A program made the translations under genes and the position numbers. Below, one piece after another: positions 26,297-34,065 of a stretch of DNA of 64,000 nucleotides. Below the pieces are notes generated by a model. The model searched no databases and was not told where the DNA came from. It was given only the letters and a program-made list of their open reading frames with translations. The stretch is from Eubacteriales bacterium (GTDB lineage: Bacteria > Bacillota > Clostridia > Oscillospirales > CAG-272). Location of the stretch: positions 443 through 64,442 of the forward strand of contig JAZKYE010000062.1 in assembly GCA_045611965.1 (NCBI GenBank). The letters are read 5' to 3'. Every line of letters begins with the position of its first letter. Within the stretch, counting starts at the first letter, position 1.

Positions 26297-27916
26297 TTAA
26301 AAGCCAAACTTAACGGTGGTAACGCGGATGTCCTTCATAATGAGCTTGAAGGCTTCCTCGTCAACCTCGCCCTCGCGGTCCTCAAGAGCCATATACTTAA
26401 CTACCTCGTCAACGCACTCCTCAATCTGCTCGGTGGACTTGGTTTTAAGTATATCAACAACCGCATCGCAAAGAGTTACGTTCTCAATTCCGTAAGCGTC
26501 AAGGTAGCGCTCGAGTATATCGGATATAACGACACCCTTTTCCTCTGCGGTAATGGGATTCAGGCGGATTACGTCGCAATAGTCCGAGAGCGCGCCGTCA
26601 GGCTCTGCCTGCGAGAAGAGCACGGGAAGAATTCCTGACAAATCAAAGCCAAGTGAGGGCTGAAGCAGACGGAACTCTGCGCGGGTATCACCGCGAAGAT
26701 ATTTTGAGAGCATAGATACTGCCACAGGGCCTAACGCGTGGCAGGAATCTATCATAAATACAGTAGAGGTGGTGTGCGTGCTTGAAATCTCGCTGAGAAA
26801 GACGTTGTTTGCCGTCTGCGAGAAGGTATAATCGTTAAAGTGTCTTGCGTCAAGCATTCTGATTGGGTTCTTACAGAGCGCACGTCCGAGAGCGCGCTTG
26901 TACTCGTGAAGCACGTAGGCGTCACGGCAGACGAGCATCAGGGGCTTGTACTGTGGCTTTGCTCTGCCCTTGATACCGATAAGATTACGCTTGATTCTGC
27001 GAATCTCGTCCTCTCTGACAATAGCAATATCCGAAAACGCGCCCTTATCCCACACCATAGCGGTATCGGTTGCGGCATCTGCGGGAATTGCATCGTAAAG
27101 GTTCATAGTTCCCTTATTGTAGCTCTCTATTGCACGCTTTTTATCAGGCACGGGAATTGCCGAGGAATATATAATTCCCTCGAAGGTGACGTCACAGACG
27201 TGGCGCTCTACCGCACCGAGGCAGAAGGCGCGCTCAAGAAGTCCTGACGAAACGTCTGACTCGGGGGTGTCAACGCCATAGCACTCGCAAACGTACTGAA
27301 CGAGCTCTTGCGTGTCGCTACCCTTATCCGAGGCGAGAATGCGCGCGATGCACTCGCTTACGCGCGACGTATCAAAATACGCAAGAAGAAGGTTAGCGCT
27401 GATGCTGTTCCATCTTGCGGCGTGGTTGAGATTTACGACGGCGCGGCGGTGGTTTTTGCCGATGGCAATACCCGTTTCGTTAAGAAACGCAAGGGTGGTC
27501 ATAGCGGTTACGTTGCCGACTGATATGCCCTTGAGAAGCGCGTCGGTGAGAGTGTCCGGGTTGAGGTTTTCAACCTCGGGAAGAATTTCCTTTGCAGAGC
27601 GAAGCGCGATACGCTTTGCCGAGAGGATAAGCCTGTCCTCGTCGGTAAGCGAGGTGTCTATGCCACGCATCTGTGCATACTCAAGCATACGGCAGGTGCG
27701 CTCGTACTCCGCAAGCGTATTCATTCCGTAATAGTCCTCATTAAAGGAAAGGGCACGGAATTTGTTTAATTTTTCCTCATCCTTTATAAGATAAACCTTG
27801 CTGAGTATATCAAATATCTTCATCTCGCACTCGCGGTCAACAAGACCGCCGACGAGCGCGCTGACAAGATACGAGGTGCAAAGAAATTTTGAAAAAAGCT
27901 TATCTGTTGCTATCAT
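26297..27916 (-). CDS. Hypothetical 539-aa protein with N-terminal Sel1/TPR-like repeats and a C-terminal degenerate AAA+ (SpoVK/CbbX/EccA-like) module; gene A
   Basis: The C-terminal half follows the AAA+ layout, but Walker A is replaced by KPLMLVCRDAYVLHEY and Walker B by TVFMIDSCHAL. A lid-like IRLNPITAEEKGVVISDILERYL is retained. The N-terminal AMTTLAFLNETGIAIGKNHRRAVVNLNHAARWNSISANLLLAYF is Sel1-like. AAGGAG RBS 7 nt before the ATG at 27916. Confidence 0.5.
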   Translation of the reverse strand: MIATDKLFSKFLCTSYLVSALVGGLVDRECEMKIFDILSKVYLIKDEEKLNKFRALSFNEDYYGMNTLAEYERTCRMLEYAQMRGIDTSLTDEDRLILSAKRIALRSAKEILPEVENLNPDTLTDALLKGISVGNVTAMTTLAFLNETGIAIGKNHRRAVVNLNHAARWNSISANLLLAYFDTSRVSECIARILASDKGSDTQELVQYVCECYGVDTPESDVSSGLLERAFCLGAVERHVCDVTFEGIIYSSAIPVPDKKRAIESYNKGTMNLYDAIPADAATDTAMVWDKGAFSDIAIVREDEIRRIKRNLIGIKGRAKPQYKPLMLVCRDAYVLHEYKRALGRALCKNPIRMLDARHFNDYTFSQTANNVFLSEISSTHTTSTVFMIDSCHALGPVAVSMLSKYLRGDTRAEFRLLQPSLGFDLSGILPVLFSQAEPDGALSDYCDVIRLNPITAEEKGVVISDILERYLDAYGIENVTLCDAVVDILKTKSTEQIEECVDEVVKYMALEDREGEVDEEAFKLIMKDIRVTTVKFGF

Positions 27917-27967
27917 TTTGCTACTCCTTATATTGATTTTTGCGAAGCGAGATGCCCCCTATGTAAA

Positions 27968-28495
27968 TCAGAAGCACCTCTTATAGTTTTCTATCGCGGC
28001 ATTGATTACCGTTACCGCTGCGCCCCTTGCCATAACCTCGTCAACCGCGGTGGTCTTGTTTTCAAGATTTTTATAAACGGTGAAGAAGTGGCGCATTTCA
28101 TCAAAAATGTGCGAGGGCAGGTCGGATATGTCCTTATAGTTGTTGTAGGTAGGGTCATTCATCGGAATGGCGATTATTTTTTCGTCAGAGCGTCCGTTAT
28201 CCACCATATTGATAACGCCGATGGGATACGCGCGTACGAGCGACATAGGCTCAAGCGGCTCTGAACACAGAAGCAGAACGTCGAGCGGGTCACCGTCATC
28301 ACCGTATGTTCTCGGTATGAAGCCGTAGTTTGCAGGATAGTGTGTAGAGGTATAGAGTATTCTGTCAAGAATGATATAGCCCGTTTCCTTGTCAAGCTCA
28401 TACTTCTTCTTGCTTCCCTTGGATATCTCGATAACGCATATAAAGTCCTCCGCCGATATGCGCTCGGGTGAAATATCGTGCCAGATGTTAGACAT
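27968..28495 (-). CDS. ppa: Inorganic pyrophosphatase, family I
   Basis: 175 aa with YPANYGFIPRTYGDDGDPLDVLLL, the family I PPase signature region. Confidence 0.9.
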   Translation of the reverse strand: MSNIWHDISPERISAEDFICVIEISKGSKKKYELDKETGYIILDRILYTSTHYPANYGFIPRTYGDDGDPLDVLLLCSEPLEPMSLVRAYPIGVINMVDNGRSDEKIIAIPMNDPTYNNYKDISDLPSHIFDEMRHFFTVYKNLENKTTAVDEVMARGAAVTVINAAIENYKRCF

Positions 28496-28507
28496 TCGTG
28501 TTACTCC

Positions 28508-30349
28508 TTAATTATCAGTTTTGTCAATTTTATAGGTAGGAACGAGCTGTGCAACAAGCTCCTTCATAGTATCGCTCTCGCTGTGCGCCGCCTTGTCAAG
28601 CTCTGCAAGCCTGTCCCAGAGGGCATCCTCGTCCATAGGAATCGGGCGCGCCACGCTGATAAGGCCGTTTGGCGTTCTCATAAGTCCTTCCTCTGCCATA
28701 AGGCGCTCCTCATAGAGCTTCTCACCGGGGCGAAGTCCCGTTATCTGTATCTCGATTTCGGTGTGCGGCTCGTAGCCCATAAGACGGATAAGCTTTTCGG
28801 CAAGGTCGTAAATTCTGACCTGCTCACCCATATCGAGGACGTAAATCTCGCCACCCTTTGCGTACGCACCAGCCTGAAGCACGAGGCTTACTGCCTCGGG
28901 AATGGTCATAAAATAACGGATGATATCCTTGTGCGTGACGGTTACGGGGCCGCCCGAGAGAATCTGCTTTTTGAAAAGCGGTATAACCGAGCCGTTAGAG
29001 CCGAGAACGTTTCCGAATCTGACGGCAACAAATCTTGTCTGCGAGCGCTTTGCATACGCCTGAATAATCATCTCGCATATACGCTTGGTAGCGCCCATTA
29101 TGTTCGTGGGGTTTACCGCCTTGTCCGTTGAAATCTGAACGAAGCGCGACACACCGTATTTATCCGCGCAGTAGGCAAGGTTGTATGTACCGATAACGTT
29201 GTTCTTCACCGCCTCGTTGGGGCTCGTTTCCATAAGAGGCACGTGCTTGTGCGCTGCGGCGTGGAAAACTATCTCGGGGCGGTAACGCTCAAAGAGGCTC
29301 ATCAGCTTTGCCTTATCGCGGATAGAGCCGATAAGAGTGGTGATATTTAGCTCGGGATGCTCTCGATTAAGCTCTTGCTCTATATCGTAAGCGCCGTTTT
29401 CGTATATGTCAAAGATTATAAGCCTTGACGGTTTTTTTGAGGCAAGCTGTCTGCAAAGCTCGCTTCCGATAGAGCCGCCGCCACCCGTTACGAGCACCGT
29501 CTTATCCTTGGTATAAAGCATAACCTCATCAAGATTAACCTCGACAGGGTCACGGCCGAGAAGGTCGGTGACGTCAACGTCACGAAGCTGGGATACGGAC
29601 ACCTTTCCGTTCATAAGCTGGTAAAGGCCCGGCATAACCTTAATCTCGCACTTGGTTGCAAGGGCGCGCTCGGTAATGCGCTTGATATCCGCAGGCTTTG
29701 CCGCAGGGATTGCAACGATTATCATCTCTGCGCGCACCCTCTGTGCAATACGCTTAATGTCGTCGGTGCCGCCAAGCACACGCACGCCGAGAAGATACTC
29801 ACCGTGAAGCGCGACATTATCGTCTATAATTCCTACAGGATAGTAGTTTATTTTATCGGATGATTTAAGCTCACGTAGCACCGTCGTGCCTGCATCGCCA
29901 GCACCGACGATAAGCACGCGCTTCTGCGAGCCCATAATATGCCTTCTGTAAAGTCCCATCAGGATATCGTGGATACGGACAGAGCAGGTCGCGAGAGCTG
30001 ACAGAATAAAGAAGAACAGCGATGTACACACGCACCAAGCGAGAGAAATCCCCTCGCAGAAGAAGGTTATTATCACATTCGAAAGCGAAACCGCGCACAC
30101 CATAAGCGACACGTGGAAAATCTCAAGAAAGCTTGCGTGACGGTATGAGAGCGAATTTATCTTTAAGAAGCATACGCACGCAATAATGATGATACCGCCA
30201 AAGATTAAGGGTAGAGTGCTCACCGAGGTATATGCGTCAAGATTGCCCAAAAGCATTAAGGTCGAGCATACGGTAGATGCGATATATCCTACAAGAAATG
30301 CAAGAAGAACCATAAGCGTTTTAAGCTTATGCTTAAATAAAAATCCCAT
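28508..30349 (-). CDS. Membrane-anchored nucleoside-diphosphate-sugar 4,6-dehydratase/epimerase (CapD/PglF/WbpM family)
   Basis: N-terminal TM helices, a first Rossmann motif VLIVGAGDAGT and a second VLVTGGGGSIGSEL. 613 aa. Confidence 0.85.
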   Translation of the reverse strand: MGFLFKHKLKTLMVLLAFLVGYIASTVCSTLMLLGNLDAYTSVSTLPLIFGGIIIIACVCFLKINSLSYRHASFLEIFHVSLMVCAVSLSNVIITFFCEGISLAWCVCTSLFFFILSALATCSVRIHDILMGLYRRHIMGSQKRVLIVGAGDAGTTVLRELKSSDKINYYPVGIIDDNVALHGEYLLGVRVLGGTDDIKRIAQRVRAEMIIVAIPAAKPADIKRITERALATKCEIKVMPGLYQLMNGKVSVSQLRDVDVTDLLGRDPVEVNLDEVMLYTKDKTVLVTGGGGSIGSELCRQLASKKPSRLIIFDIYENGAYDIEQELNREHPELNITTLIGSIRDKAKLMSLFERYRPEIVFHAAAHKHVPLMETSPNEAVKNNVIGTYNLAYCADKYGVSRFVQISTDKAVNPTNIMGATKRICEMIIQAYAKRSQTRFVAVRFGNVLGSNGSVIPLFKKQILSGGPVTVTHKDIIRYFMTIPEAVSLVLQAGAYAKGGEIYVLDMGEQVRIYDLAEKLIRLMGYEPHTEIEIQITGLRPGEKLYEERLMAEEGLMRTPNGLISVARPIPMDEDALWDRLAELDKAAHSESDTMKELVAQLVPTYKIDKTDN

Positions 30350-30476
30350 AGTTTACCCCCAAAAAACAGTAATGGCTTTAAGCCTTGGTCAAATTATCTC
30401 TTTATATTATAACAAACACCCGAAAAAAAGTCAACCTCGCGCGCAAATATAAAGGCAAAACAAAAAGGCGGATGAT

Positions 30477-30512
30477 ATTCGGGCGACCTGCGGTAGAGCA
30501 GGTCGCCCGAAT
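30477..30512 (-). terminator. Strong hairpin downstream of the 211-aa gene (probable terminator)
   Basis: ATTCGGGCGACCTGC (30477-30491) pairs with GCAGGTCGCCCGAAT (30498-30512). On the minus strand the T-run (CCTTTTTGTTTT) begins about 10 nt after the stem. Confidence 0.55.
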
Positions 30513-30534
30513 GTTCTCCGTTCGTTATAAAAAA

Positions 30535-31170
30535 TTAATACTCGTCAACACCGAGAAGCCTTGTGAGGTCGGCAAAGTTGTGCGGAAATACACCGTTGCC
30601 CTCGAAAAACCTCGGCACTATGCCGTCGTTAAACTCGACGAGCAGGCGCCATCTTACGGGCTCACTGAAGCTTGAGCCGTAGTGCTCGGGCAAATATCCG
30701 TCGCGCCACTCACCCATATCAAGCTCGGAAATTCCAGCGAGGAATTTAGCCTTGTCAAGAGATATTTCAACAGAGTCAATTCCATGCACATTTCGTGTAA
30801 GGCGCGCGTCGTCGGCATAAACACGAACCTCGTAGAAGGAATCGAGGTATATACCGATAGATAGCGAAATCTTTCTTATCGCAGGAACGTTTTTGCGAAA
30901 ATCAGCGGCTATAATTTCAGCCTCGCTCATCTCTATCTCACCGCCAAGCCTTGCAAGCGCGTCGCACGCCTCGGCAAGGTAGCCTCGACAGGCGGCAAGC
31001 TGGTCTGCCTCTGACGGAAAGGAATGTGCTTCGTAGGGGTAGGACGGTGATTCCATTTTGTATTTCAAGCGCTCAATTTCACCCTTGAGCTTTTTTATCT
31101 CGTCCCTGACACAAGCCTCATCCTTGCCGTCAAGGTACATGTCGCGGTAATACTGTGTACTAAGAAGCAT
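30535..31170 (-). CDS. Hypothetical protein (211 aa)
   Basis: Clean ORF with a coiled-coil-like N-terminus (IKKLKGEIERLKYKME). I recognise no family. Confidence 0.5.
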   Translation of the reverse strand: MLLSTQYYRDMYLDGKDEACVRDEIKKLKGEIERLKYKMESPSYPYEAHSFPSEADQLAACRGYLAEACDALARLGGEIEMSEAEIIAADFRKNVPAIRKISLSIGIYLDSFYEVRVYADDARLTRNVHGIDSVEISLDKAKFLAGISELDMGEWRDGYLPEHYGSSFSEPVRWRLLVEFNDGIVPRFFEGNGVFPHNFADLTRLLGVDEY

Positions 31171-31443
31171 TACAAATCTCCAATCCTAAAAAACTACGGC
31201 AACACATGCAGTATAATCCGTATGTGTATAAAAATATTATATCACCTATATCTATAAATGTAAATGCACATTAATGACGAACTTTTTTGTGCACTATCGA
31301 CAAATCATTGTAAATATATCCCGCAAAATAGATGCAAAGTGCAAATAGAGTCACGCTTTTGCGAAAAAACAAATTTTGTATGTTATGAATAAGGTCGCAC
31401 ACATACAGCAATACTAACAAAAAAAGAAAGGTAGGTTTTAAAA

Positions 31444-31896
31444 ATGGTTCTCACCGAAAAAGAAACAAGTCTTTTAAAGGATATGAGGTCGCAGGAAGAG
31501 TTATGTATCAAGAAGTATGAAAAATATGAGCGCGAGGCAAAATGCGAGGGGCTGAAGAAGTTGTTTTCCGAAATCAAATCGGCAGAGCAGACACACCTTC
31601 AGACCATAAGCGCTATGCTCTCAGGAAGCACACCTGAAAATCCAGCGCCCCTTTCGGCAAGCAATCAATACGCAACGGCATGCTCGTACGCAAGCAGCGA
31701 CGACAAGGATGCGGATGCGCTTTTGCTCTCTGATATGCTTGCTATGGAAAAGCACGTATCGTCACTTTATAACGTAGGAATTTTTGAATTCTGCTCTCCC
31801 GCCGTCAGAAAAATGCTCAACCACATTCAGTCAGAAGAGCAGCAGCACGGCGAGCAGCTTTTTGCGTATATGAAGGCAAACGGCATGTATTCGTAA
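31444..31896 (+). CDS. Coat F domain (spore coat protein F-like, ferritin-like fold) protein
   Basis: LTEKETSLLKDMRSQEELCIKKYEKYE... and LLSDMLAMEKHVSSLYNVGIFEFCSPAVRKMLNHIQSEEQQHGEQLF fit the two-repeat Coat_F pattern. Confidence 0.7.
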   Translation: MVLTEKETSLLKDMRSQEELCIKKYEKYEREAKCEGLKKLFSEIKSAEQTHLQTISAMLSGSTPENPAPLSASNQYATACSYASSDDKDADALLLSDMLAMEKHVSSLYNVGIFEFCSPAVRKMLNHIQSEEQQHGEQLFAYMKANGMYS

Positions 31897-31935
31897 CGCA
31901 CACGAAGGCAAACAGTATGTGTTATCACTCAAAAA

Positions 31936-31967
31936 GGGGGCTGTCAGCAACAGTGCTGACAGCCCCC
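31936..31967. terminator. Bidirectional terminator between the cotF-like gene and the DUF4097 operon
   Basis: GGGGGCTGTCAGC (31936-31948) pairs with GCTGACAGCCCCC (31955-31967), with a 6-nt loop. Confidence 0.7.
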
Positions 31968-32003
31968 TGAAACTCGTTATAATGCAATCTTTATTTTACA
32001 TAA

Positions 32004-33017
32004 TCAGTTGTTTGTGAATACTATCGTAACGTCACCTGATGCAGTTTCGAAGCCAAAGCTATGGTTTGCGCCCTTGCCATCGGTGAACCTGCTGCCGTCA
32101 AGCCTTGTGCCATCCTTAAGAAGCACAGTCATATCACCGCTTGCCGCACTGTGCGAGGCGACCACGCCAACAACTCCTGCGGGAAGCTTTACGGTTATAT
32201 CACCGCTTGCCGCCTCGAAGGTGAGAATACTCGGAGCGCCATCAACCTCTGCGTTACCTGATGCCGTTTCGATCTCAAGCACTCTGACCGAGCCTACTAT
32301 GTTAAAATTACCCGATGACGTTTCAAGGTCCATTTTATCCGCCGTTCCCTTGAATGAGAGGTCACCTGTGGCGGCATCAAAGAACAGCTCGTCAAAATTA
32401 CCGTTAACATTAGCATCCCCTGATGCCGTATCTATACCAAGTGAGTTTGCCGCAACGCTTTGTACCGTAACATCGCCGGATGCCGTATCAATCTCAAAGG
32501 ATGCAGCTACGGAATTTTTCACACTGACATCACCCGAAGCGGTATCAACCTCAAGCCTTGTCAGGTCTATTCCGTCAACAAGAACCGATGCGCTATCCGT
32601 TTCAAACTGAACAGTACCAACATTCTTCGGGATGTAAACGGTCAGAGTTTTATTCGGAAGTCTTTCCATAAACGCAATTCTCGACTCACCGTATCTTATG
32701 AAAAGCGTACTTCCGCGAAGCGCGGTGTGGACGGTATTCCTGCTACCGTCCGCGCCAAGCTCTTCGACCTTCACCGTATCTCCGTCATAGCCAACAAGCT
32801 TTACCTCGCCACACTTATAATCCACCAAGAGCGAATTTACATTATCCTTTGGATATTCCTGATTACCGCTTACATACGAGTGTGCGTCAAGGTAGGTCAT
32901 ACCGTCGAAGAACACAAAGGACCTTCCATCCGCTACGTTCGCAAGGCTTATACACAGCACCGTGATGCACAGCGCAAGTATTACTGCAATTATTAAAAGC
33001 TTTACCCAATTACGCAT
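32004..33017 (-). CDS. DUF4097-family beta-strand repeat protein, membrane-anchored
   Basis: N-terminal TM helix and at least 8 repeats of [DE]TASG[DN][VA] (DTASGDVSV, DTASGDVTV, ETASGNAEV, ETASGDVTI...). Confidence 0.8.
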   Translation of the reverse strand: MRNWVKLLIIAVILALCITVLCISLANVADGRSFVFFDGMTYLDAHSYVSGNQEYPKDNVNSLLVDYKCGEVKLVGYDGDTVKVEELGADGSRNTVHTALRGSTLFIRYGESRIAFMERLPNKTLTVYIPKNVGTVQFETDSASVLVDGIDLTRLEVDTASGDVSVKNSVAASFEIDTASGDVTVQSVAANSLGIDTASGDANVNGNFDELFFDAATGDLSFKGTADKMDLETSSGNFNIVGSVRVLEIETASGNAEVDGAPSILTFEAASGDITVKLPAGVVGVVASHSAASGDMTVLLKDGTRLDGSRFTDGKGANHSFGFETASGDVTIVFTNN

Positions 33018-33534
33018 CGTTTTTCCTCTTTCTTTCCTCTAACATATCAACCACGATATCAAGTCCGTTATCAACGAGAAGCGCGCATATGAAGATAAGC
33101 CAGCTCGTTCCCCACGCGCCGCTTAACACGCTGAATATGAGGTAAATCGGCACAGCCGAGCCCCAGATAATTCTCTTGCCTATTTTCTTTGCAAAGGGCA
33201 TCGGCTTCTTTTCCTTCTCATCCTCGTCATCTCCGTCACCCTTCTCTGCACTCTTCTCTGCGCTCTTATCAAGCACCGCTTCGTAAGCGAACGTCGCACC
33301 TTCCTTTGCTCTTATCTCGTCGATAAGCGGATTCACGTCCCCGATGCCTGCTATTGCCGCCTCATACGCGGCATCCTCACCCTTGCCTGCCGACACGGCA
33401 TCGTCATAGCGCAAAAGCGTGTTGTGAAGTATCTCTTCCTTAAGGTCAACACTCTCGCGACAAAGAGGTGCACCCTCAAAAAGATTATCTATGTAATACT
33501 TAATTCTGTTCTTCATCCGTTTCTTTCCTTTCAT
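33010..33534 (-). CDS. Membrane protein of the PadR-associated 'permease prefix / DUF1700-like' type
   Basis: IKYYIDNLFEGAPLCRESVDLKEEILHNTLLRYDDAV...AIAGIGDVNPLIDEI followed by C-terminal TM helices. Translationally coupled to padR (ATGA overlap). Confidence 0.6.
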   Translation of the reverse strand: MKGKKRMKNRIKYYIDNLFEGAPLCRESVDLKEEILHNTLLRYDDAVSAGKGEDAAYEAAIAGIGDVNPLIDEIRAKEGATFAYEAVLDKSAEKSAEKGDGDDEDEKEKKPMPFAKKIGKRIIWGSAVPIYLIFSVLSGAWGTSWLIFICALLVDNGLDIVVDMLEERKRKNDA

Positions 33535-33851
33535 TTAAGCAGCGCATCAATAATATCGCGCGTTTTAGACCAGTATGAGACTTGTCTTTCATACTCTCGT
33601 TTACCTTCTTCGGTAATTTTGTAATATTTCCGTCTTGCACCGGAATCCTCATCGCCCCAATAGGATTTTATAAAGCCTGCTTCCTCAAGGCGCTTGAATG
33701 CGGTATAAAGCGTGGCTTCCTTAAGCTCAAGCTCACCGTCTGTAACCTCTGCGATATGCTTGCTTACACTGTATCCGTAGTTATCCCCCTTATCAAGCAG
33801 AGATAAAATTATCGCGTCGGTATGGCCTCTTATCATATCAAAAGCTATCAA
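33531..33851 (-). CDS. PadR family transcriptional regulator
   Basis: 106 aa. HTDAIILSLLDKGDNYGYSVSKHI...EATLYTAFKRLEEAGFIKSYW is a classical PadR wHTH. Confidence 0.9.
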   Translation of the reverse strand: MIAFDMIRGHTDAIILSLLDKGDNYGYSVSKHIAEVTDGELELKEATLYTAFKRLEEAGFIKSYWGDEDSGARRKYYKITEEGKREYERQVSYWSKTRDIIDALLK

Positions 33852-34007
33852 TCAGTGCACCGTCCTTTCTTATCACTTCTTTCTTGTGATTATATTTTAC
33901 CACGATATACCTCGCCTGTCAAGGTATTTCGGCAAAATAAATACATTTTCTTTCGATAGAATATAAGGTGGCGGTAATTTCAGTACGCTACGGGTGGCGG
34001 CAAAATA

Positions 34008-34044
34008 TGAAAAAGCGCGGGGCATCAGGTGCGATGCTCCGCGC
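34008..34044 (-). terminator. Rho-independent terminator after the giant surface-protein gene
   Basis: GCGCGGGGCATC (34015-34026) pairs with GATGCTCCGCGC (34033-34044). TTTTTCATATTTT follows on the minus strand. Confidence 0.7.
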
Positions 34045-34065
34045 TCGGGTTAAAACGTCTTTTTA

